This document shows positions 28,741 through 38,600 of a stretch of DNA of 64,000 nt, one piece after another. Every line of letters begins with the position of its first letter. Position 1 is the first letter of the stretch. Where the stretch lies: assembly GCA_903851415.1 (NCBI GenBank), contig CAINOE010000096.1:22502-86501 (forward strand), read 5' to 3'. The notes beneath the pieces are model-generated. The model searched no databases. It worked only from the letters and a program-made list of their open reading frames with translations, and was not told the origin of the DNA. This DNA comes from an uncultured Rhodopila sp. Lineage in GTDB: Bacteria > Pseudomonadota > Alphaproteobacteria > Acetobacterales > Acetobacteraceae. The position numbers were made by a program, and so were the translations under genes.

Positions 28741-29159
28741 CCGTCCGCCGCCCCGGGCCTGACGCCTGAGCAGGGCGGTCCGAGCGCCCGGCGTTGGAAG
28801 GCGAGCGACAGGGCGTTGAAATTCATCAGCAGACCGAGCCGGCATCGGCTGATGCGGAGATAGGTCAGCAATTGCGCCTCGTGCAGCGGGCCGAGGTGCT
28901 CGACAGCCTTGAGCTCCAGGAGAACCTCGCCCCGGACGATGATATCCGCCCGATACCCGGACTCGATGTCGATCCCGTTATAGTGGATTGGCAGGTAGAC
29001 CTCCTGTTCGGGCGGGATGTCGGCCAGCCGGAGTTCATGGCACAGGCAGCGGCGGTAGACGGATTCAAGAAGCCCCGGTCCGAGGTTGCGGTGAACCCGC
29101 ATGGCCAGGCCGATGATCTTGTAGGTCAGGTTTCCATGGTGGTTGCGTACGAGGTTCAC
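28695..29159 (-). CDS. GxxExxY protein (PD-(D/E)xK-like)
   Basis: VHRNLGPGLLESVY, RADIIV, LELK, AQLLTYL, GLLMNF; C-terminal extension overlaps the EEP gene. Confidence 0.88.
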   Translation of the reverse strand: MNLVRNHHGNLTYKIIGLAMRVHRNLGPGLLESVYRRCLCHELRLADIPPEQEVYLPIHYNGIDIESGYRADIIVRGEVLLELKAVEHLGPLHEAQLLTYLRISRCRLGLLMNFNALSLAFQRRALGPPCSGVRPGAADGYATIPIAGSASAAR

Positions 29160-29424
29160 ACGGCGGGCCCCATCGTTTGACGACAGGAACGGCTGAAACG
29201 GTCGATAAACGGTTAATTCCCAGCGGACATAAGCAAAAAAAAGCGGTTACACGGATTTTCACGGGATTAAGGGCACGGATTCCCCGAATTGAGACCTTGG
29301 CGACTATCGAGCGTCTGTTCCAAACGGCGATCGCTGGGCCCGCAACCGACTGCTTGCCCAACCCCGAAGCCGGCACAGCCTGCCAGGGCGCAGTCCTGTC
29401 AATCTCGTGCAATCCGTGCCCTTA

Positions 29425-29592
29425 GGCGACGCCCAAGAACTACCGCTTTACGGGGCGGTGTCGCCAAAACCGTCATGGCCCGGCTTGTCCGGGCCACCTA
29501 TTCCAGCCCGTGCGGCGATTGGTGGCCCGGACAAGCCGGGCCATGACGATGGGGGGCGGCGTCACTCGATTCGGTTGTCTGTGGGCGTCGCC
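29425..29592. mobile_element. 168-bp MITE with 11-bp TIRs and TTA target duplication
   Basis: GGCGACGCCCA...TGGGCGTCGCC flanked by TTA at 29422-29424 and 29593-29595. Confidence 0.8.
29471..29548. repeat. 78-bp REP-like palindrome
   Basis: cgtcatggcccggcttgtccgggccacc...ggtggcccggacaagccgggccatgacg. Confidence 0.9.
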
Positions 29593-29657
29593 TTAATCCC
29601 GTGAAAATCCGTGTCGCATCTTGCTTTCCTGCGCCCGCCGCCATCCGCGGGTCAAAT

Positions 29658-31280
29658 TCACCCCCCGCCCGCATCCTCCCGGATCATATCCGCGGCCTTT
29701 TCGGCGATCATGATCACCGGCGCATTGGTGTTGCCGGCCACGATCACCGGCATGACCGAGGCATCCGCCACCCTCAACCCGTCCAGACCGTGCACCCTGA
29801 GGCGCGCATCGACCACCGCCATCGCGTCCCGGCCCATGGCGCAGGTTCCCACCGCGTGCAGGTTGGAGACGCCGCGCCGGCGCACATCGGCGGCGATGTC
29901 CTCCTCGGTTCGCACCGCCACGCCCGGGGCGGTTTCCTCCACCATCAGCTTCTGCAGCGCGTGCTGCCGCGCGATGCTGCGGGCGAAGCGGACCCCGGCG
30001 ATCATCGCGCGCATATCGCTCTCGCTGCGGAGGAAGTTGAAGCGGATCTCCGGCGGCGCCAGAGGATCGGGGCTGCGCAGCCGGACCGTGCCGCGTGCCT
30101 CCGGCGCCAGATGCACCGGGGCGATCGAAATCCCGGGGAACCGATGCGAGACGACCCTTTCCGCCGTGCGATCGGCCGTGCTCCAGGCCGAGATGTTCAA
30201 CTGGAGGTCCGGCCGTTCCAGACGTTTGTCGCTGCGCACCAGCGCGCCGACATACAGGCCGGTGCCGGACATCGGCCCGGAGCGGAACAGGGCATAGCGC
30301 GCCGTGGCCGCCAGCCGGTGCGGCAGGCTGTAGTGCAGCGCGTTCAGCGACAGGTTTCGCGAGATGCGGTAGGTGCAGGCCGTGCTGAAATGGTCGCGCA
30401 GGTTCGCTCCGACGCCGGGCACGTCACGCACGATGTCTATACCCATGCCGGCCAGATGCGCCGCCGGCCCGACGCCGGAGAGTTGCAGCAACTGCGGGGA
30501 ACCGAAGACTCCGCCTGAGACGATCACCTCGCGTTCGGCGTGCGCGACCTCCAGCCCCTTCCGCGTGAGAAATTCGACTCCGGCGGCGCGGCCGTCGCGG
30601 AACAGCACCCGGGTGGCCCGGGCGCGCGTGCGGACCGTCAGATTCGGACGGCTCCGGGCCGAGCGCAGATAGGCGGCGGCGGTGCTCCAGCGGCGCTTGT
30701 CCCGGGTGGTGGTCTGGTAGTACCCGCAGCCTTCCTGGCGGGCGCCGTTGAAATCCGGATTGAACGGAATGCCGGACTGCTGGCAGGCTTCCAGCAGCGC
30801 TTTGGCAATTTCCCACTCAAACGGCTGGTCGGACACGCGCATCGGCCCGCCGGAGCCGTGCCAGGCGTCCGCGCCGCGTTCGTTGTCCTCGGCCCGGCGG
30901 AAATAGGGCAGCACGGAGTCGTAGTCCCAGCCTTCATTGCCAAGCTGCCGCCACAGATCGTAATCGGCCGCGTTGCCGCGCATGTAGATCATGCCGTTGA
31001 TCGAACCGGTGCCGCCCAGCACCTTGCCGCGCGGTTGATACAGCGTGCGATCGTTCAGTTCCGCTTCGGGCTCGCTCTCGAACTTCCAGTTCACCTTCGG
31101 ATCGACGAAGGTCTCCGCGTAGCCCATCGGAATGTGGATCCACGGGTTGGAGTCCTCGCCGCCGGCCTCCAGCAGCAGCACCCGGAAGCGGCCTGATTCG
31201 GTCAACCTGGCGGCCAGGACGCAGCCGGCCGAACCGGCGCCGGTGACGATGAAATCGTAGCTGTTTGCTTCGGCCGCCAC
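29658..31280 (-). CDS. GMC family oxidoreductase (choline dehydrogenase-like)
   Basis: GAGSAG, PRGKVLGG.GSINGMIY.RG, HAVGTCAMG, GNTNAP; GTG start at 31280. Confidence 0.9.
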   Translation of the reverse strand: MAAEANSYDFIVTGAGSAGCVLAARLTESGRFRVLLLEAGGEDSNPWIHIPMGYAETFVDPKVNWKFESEPEAELNDRTLYQPRGKVLGGTGSINGMIYMRGNAADYDLWRQLGNEGWDYDSVLPYFRRAEDNERGADAWHGSGGPMRVSDQPFEWEIAKALLEACQQSGIPFNPDFNGARQEGCGYYQTTTRDKRRWSTAAAYLRSARSRPNLTVRTRARATRVLFRDGRAAGVEFLTRKGLEVAHAEREVIVSGGVFGSPQLLQLSGVGPAAHLAGMGIDIVRDVPGVGANLRDHFSTACTYRISRNLSLNALHYSLPHRLAATARYALFRSGPMSGTGLYVGALVRSDKRLERPDLQLNISAWSTADRTAERVVSHRFPGISIAPVHLAPEARGTVRLRSPDPLAPPEIRFNFLRSESDMRAMIAGVRFARSIARQHALQKLMVEETAPGVAVRTEEDIAADVRRRGVSNLHAVGTCAMGRDAMAVVDARLRVHGLDGLRVADASVMPVIVAGNTNAPVIMIAEKAADMIREDAGGG

Positions 31281-31561
31281 GCCACTGTCCCCAATCCGTT
31301 GCGTACCAGCATCGCGCCCGCCGGCCCCCGTGGCAACCCGTCTGCCGATCGGCCTTCCTGATCCAGACAGCAACGGCGGCGGAGGCGAAGAACCCGGCCG
31401 CCAGCCAGGGCGGCGTGCCGGCGCCGAGGCCGCGCGCGATGGCGGTCCACGGCACGAAGCAGGCGAGGCCGCAGGTCGCCGCGGATCGCAGCCGTTCGTG
31501 GTCCATTCGGAGAATGGCAGTCCGGCCTGGCCGGACCGGGAACGAAGCGTCAGCGGGACAT

Positions 31562-32383
31562 CTACGGCTCCGCGCGCCAGAACCGCTGCACGAACGCGTG
31601 CGCGGCCTCCAGCGCTCCCGCTTCGGCGAGATCGTTGTGTCCGGCCTCCGGCGCATACCAAGAGTCGGCCGGTCCGCGCACCGCAGCGAACACCGCGCGT
31701 CCCATCTCAGGCGGGACGATCGCGTCCCGCCCTCCGGTCATGACCAGGACAGGCGCTCGCACCGCCGCGATGCGGCCAATCAGATCGAAGCGGTCGCGCA
31801 GCAGCAACGACACCGGGACAAAGGGAAAACGCTGCTGCGCGAGCGCGGCGATGCTGGTGAAGGGCGATTCCAGAAGCACGGCGCCCACGTCGAGGTCCGC
31901 GGCAAGCCGAACCGCAACGCCGCTGCCAAGTGACTCACCCCAGAGCAGAATGCGCCGCGCCGGGACTCCGGCTGTTCGAAGCGCCGCGTATCCGGCGCGT
32001 GCATCCTCGATCAGACCAGCCTCGGAGGGGGCGCCTGCGTTGCCGCCGTAGCCGCGATACTCCAGCAGCACCACCCCCCAGCCAAAGCTGTGCAAACGGG
32101 CCATTCGCACGGCGCGATAGCCGATGTTCCCGCCGTTGCCATGCAAGTACAAAACCACAGGCTGGTTGTCCGCGGCGGGGGGCACCTGCCAGGCGAGCAG
32201 ATCGAGCCCGTCCGCGGTTCGCACGCTGATCGCCCGCGCCCCCGGCACCCCGGCCGCCGAAGGTTCGGGCCGGCGCGTGTCGGGAAAATACAGAAGGCGC
32301 CGCTGCACCATCGCGAGTGCGCCGAGCGCTGCGGCATAAAGACATGCGACGGCCAGGATGGCGAGGATCACGGCAGTTTTCAT
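31562..32383 (-). CDS. alpha/beta hydrolase
   Basis: HGNGGN, YRGYG, GESLG, D and GHND catalytic residues. Confidence 0.88.
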   Translation of the reverse strand: MKTAVILAILAVACLYAAALGALAMVQRRLLYFPDTRRPEPSAAGVPGARAISVRTADGLDLLAWQVPPAADNQPVVLYLHGNGGNIGYRAVRMARLHSFGWGVVLLEYRGYGGNAGAPSEAGLIEDARAGYAALRTAGVPARRILLWGESLGSGVAVRLAADLDVGAVLLESPFTSIAALAQQRFPFVPVSLLLRDRFDLIGRIAAVRAPVLVMTGGRDAIVPPEMGRAVFAAVRGPADSWYAPEAGHNDLAEAGALEAAHAFVQRFWRAEP

Positions 32384-32610
32384 GCAAGGCCGGCATCATC
32401 CACAGTCATCAACAAGCCTGCCATTCTACCTGCCGGGCGTCCATCCGCCGGGCGGCGCAACACGAAGGACACGGCACGGATCTCAGTCTATGGCTGACGA
32501 AATCGGTGAGCGACGATGCTGTCGCTGCCCGGGCTGCAACCCAAACCCACGGTTAGCCTATCGCCTTGCGAAGCGGCGGGCGTGCCAGCTCCCCTCGCCG
32601 CCAGAGCTTA

Positions 32611-33027
32611 TCAGTCGTCGCGGTGCACCCGCTCCATCCGCTCGTGCCGCTCCTGCGCCTCGATCGACATCGTCGCGATCGGACGGGCCTCCAGCCGGCG
32701 GATGCCGATGGGCTCGTCGGTCTCCTCGCAGTAGCCGTAGGTGCCGACTTCGATGCGCACCAGCGCCTGGTCGATTTTGGAAATCAGCTTGCGCGCCCGG
32801 TCGCGGGTGCGGAGTTCAAGCGCGCGGTCGGTTTCCACGCTGGCCCGGTCGGTTATATCGGCCTCATGGATGCCGCCCTGCGACAGGCTGGCCAGCGTTC
32901 CATCCGCCTCCCGCAGCAGATCGGCCCGCCAGCGCAGCAGTTTCTGACGGAAATACTCGACCTGGACGGGGTTCATGAACTCCTCATCCTCACTGGGGCG
33001 GTAATCAGGGGGTAAAAACGTCATCAT
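32611..33027 (-). CDS. dksA: RNA polymerase-binding protein DksA
   Basis: YRPSEDEEFMN, DITDRAS.E, YGYCEET..PI...RLEARP; single-Cys alphaproteobacterial type. Confidence 0.95.
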   Translation of the reverse strand: MMTFLPPDYRPSEDEEFMNPVQVEYFRQKLLRWRADLLREADGTLASLSQGGIHEADITDRASVETDRALELRTRDRARKLISKIDQALVRIEVGTYGYCEETDEPIGIRRLEARPIATMSIEAQERHERMERVHRDD

Positions 33028-33274
33028 TCGCACATGCTTCCTGGTTATCCGTCCGCGCAAGCCTTTTAGTTGCGACCGAAGGCCGAGCGCCCGGCCCATT
33101 CCGGGTAGGGAACGCGCGGGCTTATAGCTTCCCGATACCATCGCGCCAAGAGTACGCGCGAAAACGTCAGATCGTTGAAATGAAACTCTTAGCGAGGGTT
33201 AGCGAGGTTTTTAACGGCGGTCAGCGCCGCGCGCGCCCCGAGGCGGCCGCCGCACGCCCGGCATTGCATGCCCA

Positions 33275-33291
33275 CCGGCAAAACCTGCCGG
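33275..33291. promoter_or_regulatory. ftr-like FlbD enhancer site
   Basis: CCGGCAAAACCTGCCGG palindrome resembling Caulobacter ftr, upstream of the sigma54 promoter. Confidence 0.6.
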
Positions 33292-33334
33292 GCGGCGGGG
33301 GCGCGAAAGCCGCCGGACTCCTCGCTTCAGCGGC

Positions 33335-33349
33335 TGGCACGCCGATTGC
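33335..33349 (+). promoter_or_regulatory. sigma54 (-24/-12) promoter of flgI operon
   Basis: TGGCAC-gccga-TTGC. Confidence 0.8.
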
Positions 33350-33415
33350 GTTGCCCGCTTCGGATAGTCTCCACGGGGAGACGTCGCCGGCTGTGATCGT
33401 CTTCAGGATGAACGC

Positions 33416-34522
33416 GTGCGCAAAATGCGCCTGGTCTTCGGTCTTTGCCTGTTTCTGCCGCTCTGCTTCGCAGGTGCGGCGCGCGCCGACGTGCGGATCA
33501 AGGACATCGCCGACGTCGAAGGCATCCGCGAAAACCAGTTGGTCGGCTACGGCCTCGTCGTCGGCCTCAACGGCACCGGAGACAAGCTCAACAACAACGT
33601 ATTCACCCGCGAATCACTCATCGGCATGCTGGAACGCCTCGGCGTCAACACCCGCGACCAGGTCGCCGCGCTATCGACGAAGAACGTCGCCGCCGTCATG
33701 GTCACCGCCGAATTGCCCGCCTTCGCCCGCTCCGGCAGCCGGATCGACATCGCGGTCTCCGCGCTGGGCGATGCGACCAACCTCACCGGCGGCACGCTGC
33801 TGGTCACGCCGCTGCTGGCGGCGGACGGTGAGGTTTATGCCGTCGGCCAGGGGGCGCTCTCCACCGGCGCGATCGCGGCGCGCGGGGCGGCGAGTTCGGT
33901 GACGCGCGGCGTGCCGACCTCCGGGCGGATCAGCAACGGGGCGACGGTGGAGAAGGAGGTTCCGTTCCATCTCGACAAGGGCAACGGATTGCGGCTGGGG
34001 CTGCGCAATCCGGACCTGACCACGGCGCAGCGCATCAGCGCCGTCATCAACCGGGCGCTCGGACACGTCGCGCACACGGCCGACCCGCGGACGGTGCAGT
34101 TGGACCTGTCCGGCCGCGATCCGATCGAGACGCTCGGGATCATCGAGAACCTGCGCGTGGAGCCGGACAACGCCGCGATCGTCGTTATCGACGAAGCGAG
34201 CGGCACGATCGTGATGGGGGCCAATGTGCGGATCAGCACGGTGGCGATCGCGCAGGGCAACCTGACGATCCGGGTGACGGAAACGCCGGAGGTGAGCCAG
34301 CCGGGGACCATCTTCACCGGGCGGACTGAAACCGTGCCGCGGACGTCGATCCAGGTGGACGACCAGCATGACCGCAAACTCGGGATCCTGAATACGGGGG
34401 TGACGTTGCGCGATCTGGTTGCCAGCCTGAACGCGCTGGGCGTCGGCCCGCGCGACCTGATCAGCATCCTGCAGTCGATCAAGGCGGCGGGCGCGCTCCA
34501 GGCGGATCTGCAGGTGCGCTGA
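33416..34522 (+). CDS. flgI: flagellar P-ring protein
   Basis: RIKDIA.VEG.RENQLVGYGLVVGLNGTGD, NVAAVMVTA, ILQSIKAAGAL. Confidence 0.95.
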   Translation: MRKMRLVFGLCLFLPLCFAGAARADVRIKDIADVEGIRENQLVGYGLVVGLNGTGDKLNNNVFTRESLIGMLERLGVNTRDQVAALSTKNVAAVMVTAELPAFARSGSRIDIAVSALGDATNLTGGTLLVTPLLAADGEVYAVGQGALSTGAIAARGAASSVTRGVPTSGRISNGATVEKEVPFHLDKGNGLRLGLRNPDLTTAQRISAVINRALGHVAHTADPRTVQLDLSGRDPIETLGIIENLRVEPDNAAIVVIDEASGTIVMGANVRISTVAIAQGNLTIRVTETPEVSQPGTIFTGRTETVPRTSIQVDDQHDRKLGILNTGVTLRDLVASLNALGVGPRDLISILQSIKAAGALQADLQVR

Positions 34523-34842
34523 TGACAAGACTATCCATGCCGCCGGTGCCGCCTCAGCCGAACACGGCACCCGTGTCGCGGCCGGCGGTGCCGGCCGAAC
34601 CGGCGAAGGTGGCCAGGGCGGCGCAGGATTTCGAGGCAATGGCCATCGGCGAATTGCTGAAGCCGATGTTCGATACGGTCGACACGGCAAATTCGTTCTT
34701 CGGCGGCGGCTCGGGCGAAGAGGCGTGGCGGCCGATGCTGGTGCAGGACATCGCGAAGCAGATCGCGGCGCATGGCGGGCTGGGACTGGCGAAGCCGGTC
34801 TATGACGCGATGCTGCGGATGCAGGAGGCCAAGGCACAGTGA
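34522..34842 (+). CDS. flgJ: flagellar rod-binding protein (short FlgJ)
   Basis: AAQDFEAM, FGGGSGEE, GGLGLA; coupled to flgI. Confidence 0.8.
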   Translation: MTRLSMPPVPPQPNTAPVSRPAVPAEPAKVARAAQDFEAMAIGELLKPMFDTVDTANSFFGGGSGEEAWRPMLVQDIAKQIAAHGGLGLAKPVYDAMLRMQEAKAQ

Positions 34843-35195
34843 CAAAGGATGCAGCCGATCGGCTTGCGGAGGTGCTGGCGCAAGAGAACGCCGCGCTGAA
34901 AAGGCTGGATTTCCCTGCCGCGGTCGCGCTGGTGCCGGCGAAGGAGGCGGCGCTGGCTGCGATGGCCCGCAATCCGCCCCCGGCCGCCAAGCGGTCCCCC
35001 GCGATTCAGACGCTGGCGGGATTGGCGGAGGAGAACCGGGTTCTGCTGGAAAGGGCCATCGAGGTGCAGACTCGCATCGTTCGCATGGTTGCGCGGGCGA
35101 TTGCGCCGGCGCGGGAGGGCGCCCGATACAAGCCACTGCATGAGCGGACCATATCGCAGCGGACGATGGCGCTGGCGGTGTCGAAAAGCGTCTGA
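34839..35195 (+). CDS. FlgN-like flagellar helical protein
   Basis: L..EN.AL and EEN..LL..A helical pattern; position after flgJ. Confidence 0.55.
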   Translation: MTKDAADRLAEVLAQENAALKRLDFPAAVALVPAKEAALAAMARNPPPAAKRSPAIQTLAGLAEENRVLLERAIEVQTRIVRMVARAIAPAREGARYKPLHERTISQRTMALAVSKSV

Positions 35196-35350
35196 TGCTG
35201 CTGACTCCTGACCTGGCGGCCAGGAAGGGCTGCCGTGCGGTGCGTTCGAGCCCGTTTGTAAGATAAACATAATAATCATGTTGCCAGTTCGATAATCCCG
35301 TGCTTATCTGTCAGACGGGTGTCATCCAGACTCCCGGGGGAGAATTTGGC

Positions 35351-35557
35351 ATGAAAGTTTCTGTCCTGCTTAAGACTGTCGCTCGCGTGTCTGCCGTTTG
35401 CGTCGCCTTTACCGCGATCACCGTGGTGAGCGGCCTTGTCGGCTCGGTCGCAACCTCGACCTACGCCCATGCTCAAGATGTTCCGGAACCGGCCTCCATG
35501 CTCATGCTGGGCGTGGGCGTTGCCGGATTGATCGCGGCCCGCCGCAAAGCCCGCTGA
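35351..35557 (+). CDS. minimal PEP-CTERM protein
   Basis: Long signal-like region ending AHA, then QD-VPEPASMLMLGVGVAGLIAARRKAR. Confidence 0.8.
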   Translation: MKVSVLLKTVARVSAVCVAFTAITVVSGLVGSVATSTYAHAQDVPEPASMLMLGVGVAGLIAARRKAR

Positions 35558-35652
35558 CCAGGTCCAACCAATCAGGCGCGGCGCCCCGCCCGGTGCCAGC
35601 GTCTGATCCGGTTGCGCGGGCCTGACCGCGGCTGCGGATGCTTCTTGAACGT

Positions 35653-38600
35653 TCACCGCTGACCAGGCGGTTGACTTCTCGTGCCCGGGGTGTCGAACAC
35701 GCCGAAAATCCCGCGCAAGAAGCCCGGCGTCAGCGCGCTGACCGGGTTGACCGATATGCTCGGATCGCCGATCGGCCCCTCCACGCCGAACCGGGCGGCG
35801 AACACGCCGCCGCCCTCTTCCGGGCTGAACAGCTTGCCCACCAGTGGCAACCGCCCCAGCATCGCGTTGAAGAAATAAGCCGGCACGATCGTGCCGCTGA
35901 GCGACGCCCGGCCTGAGGACAAGGCGATCGACCCTTTCGCGGTCACCCCAAGCGACGAATTGTAGGCCCGTGCATCGTTCAGATACAGCGATCCCCCGTC
36001 GTACTGGAACGGCAACAGGATTTGCGTGAAGCCCATTCCCGGGCCACGCAGCGCATCAACCAGTCCGTACAGCGTGATCGCCTGCAACAGCTTGGCCAGC
36101 ACTGGCAGGTTCTTCACCGTGCCACCCCGGATATCGGCCGAACCCACCAGCGGGCGATAGCCGATCGGCCGGGTAAAGTCGGCGTCGATGGTCAACTGAC
36201 CGGATTGGATGACGCTGGTGGCATCCATCGCGCGCAAAAAACCGCCGGCGTCCCTGGACGTTACGCGCAGATGCCGCTTTCCCTCCCGGGGATCGATCCT
36301 GACCGAAAATCCCGCTCCCGTCCCCGATGCACCAATCGCATCGAGCGTGCGGATCGTCTCGCCGTCCCCGGCGGCTTTCACCAGCAGATTGGCAGCCTGC
36401 TCCCCGTTGGCGAGCAGCGCACGATCGAAGCGGCCATCCAGCGTCCAGGCCGGCGTTACCGGCCCGTCCGGCGCCGGCCCGCCACCGGACTTTTCGGTCA
36501 ACTTCGGACCGAGATCGATCTGGCCGCCGCGCAGCACAATGCCAATCGGCCGGTTCGCCGCGAAATGCACCGCGCCGCGGCCATCGGTCCGGCCGAGCTT
36601 CATCCGGTCCAGCATCAGCGAACGGACCTGTCCGTCGGCGAACTCGGCCGAACCGGTCAGCAGCAGATCGTCGCCGCGAACCATAATCCGGTCGATCCTG
36701 CTCAGCCGATCCCGGGACAGCAGGAGCGTGGCGGAGGCGGAGGCGGCGGAGCCGGAGGGCTTGCTCCAGGCCAGCGTGCCGACCGTCAGCGTGGCCAGCG
36801 TCAGGTCGCTCTCAAGAGTCACCGAGCCGGTGCCGTTGCGCCGCTCGACCAGGACGGCCGTCAGCGGCACCGGCCCGTCAATCACATCGGTGACATGCAG
36901 CCCGGCGGCGCCGAGCTGCGCGGCATCCGGCTGGCCGGTGGCGACGATCTTCTGCACGACCTGATCCGCCGGGCCGCTGTTGAAATCCATGCTGCCGGTC
37001 AATGTCAGCGGAATCGCCGCCAGGGCGCCGCGCCCTTTCAGACTGAGGCCGTCCTTGGTGACAACGAGGTCGAACGCGGCATCGTCGAGATCATGCCCGT
37101 AGGCGATGTCCAGGACACGGACCCGCTTCACATGCGCATCGGCGTGGATCGCCACATCGTCCATCGTCAGGCTGTTTTCCAGCGGGAACTGGAATGCCAG
37201 CATGCCCGATACCTCCCCGCCGGCCGTCTTCAGCGCGACCGGGTGGGTTGACAGAAGACGGAGCCGCGGTTCCTGCAACAATGTCCAGATGCTGGAGAGC
37301 GGACCTTCGACCTCGGCAGCAATGTCGGCGAACTGGTCCTTGTACGACAGGCCGGTGATGCGCATCCGCCCGTCCTTGACCACCAGGTCCGGCCCGCCGC
37401 CGCGTATGCGCTGCCGCGCGGAGGACACCGCGATGTCGAGCGTATCGGGGTCCAACAGATGCAGATGCGCCTCCGTCTGCTCGACTGGCGGAACGTCGTC
37501 GATCCAGGTGAACGTCGCGTTCGAGACGTCCAGGTCGCCGGTCGCCCGGGTCAGGACGGCGCCGTTAAGCGCCGTGTCCGCCTCGATGACCATGGCCGCC
37601 GAGCCGTGCCGCGCGAGCCCCCCCGTGACGTTCTCCACGATCCACGGCCGCGACCCGCCGCCCACCCCGAGCGGCCAGAGCCGCGGCACGTCGGCGATAT
37701 CGATCTGGTCGAGCGCTATCCTTAGCTCGGCGGTGATGCGTTCGGCTGCCCGCATGACGGTGCCGCCGATGTCGATGGTTTCGGGCGTGTCCTGCACCGT
37801 GCGGGCCACGTTGAAATGGGCGGTGCGGATCGTCAGCGTATCCTGCGTCGCGGCCAGGCTGACGACCCCGTCCAGCAGCGGGAACCGGCCCTGGCCGGCC
37901 GGGATCACGCCCTGCCCGCAATGCAGCGTCGCAAAGCCGCGGCTGAAGCCAAATCCGGCGTCGAAGTCCAGCGTCGCCTCCAGCGACACCGGCACGGTCA
38001 CCGCCAGGGCGGGGGACGGATGGCGGAGGCCGGCGAGGCGGAACGGCGACATCCTGACATCCAGCCGCGTGCTGCCCCCGGGCACGAAATCGAGATGCGC
38101 GAAAAGATCGGCTTTCTCGTCGCCAAGGCTGAGCGGTGCGTTGAGGGTGCCTGTGACGTGACCGGTTGCCGGGCGGGTCAGGTCGATATTCATCCCGGCC
38201 GTTTTCAGGGCAAGGCCGGTCTTTCGGTCGGTTGCCGTCACTTCGGCGTCGCGGAAATGCACCCTCCTGATCTGGTCCAGAATGCCCGGGCGCATCCCGC
38301 GATCGGTTGCGGCCGGACGCGCGAGCTGGTCGCGCAGCGCACGGAAGTCCGCCGTTTCCCCGCCGCTCTCCGACGCACTTCCGCCGAAGCCGATGGCGCC
38401 GTCCGTGTCTCTGATGACGGCGATCGAGGCATGGTCCACTTCGACGGTGCGCGGGACAAACCGTCCCAGCAGCAGCGCCGCCACGGAAAAGGTCAGGTGG
38501 GCCTGCGGCGCGAAGGCGAGACGGCGCCCCGACGCATCGGTTATGTCAATGCCGGTCATAGCGAGGTCGAGAGGGTAGTCGACTCCCTTGTTAAAGCCTT

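Larger units (their letters stand above)
29249..29613. repeat. inverted-repeat element with 33-bp arms; right arm interrupted by a MITE
   Basis: Left arm acacggattttcacgggattaagggcacggatt; right arm (29411-29424 + 29596-29614) is its exact reverse complement once the insert and one TTA are removed. Confidence 0.8.

Noticed and set aside
28695-28790. GxxExxY C-terminal extension as a functional domain
   Set aside because: Low-complexity tail overlapping the convergent EEP gene; more likely a lost stop codon.
31290-31560. N-terminal extension of the GMC oxidoreductase, or a small membrane ORF
   Set aside because: Family homology begins near 31280, and there is no clear RBS or motif for a separate gene.
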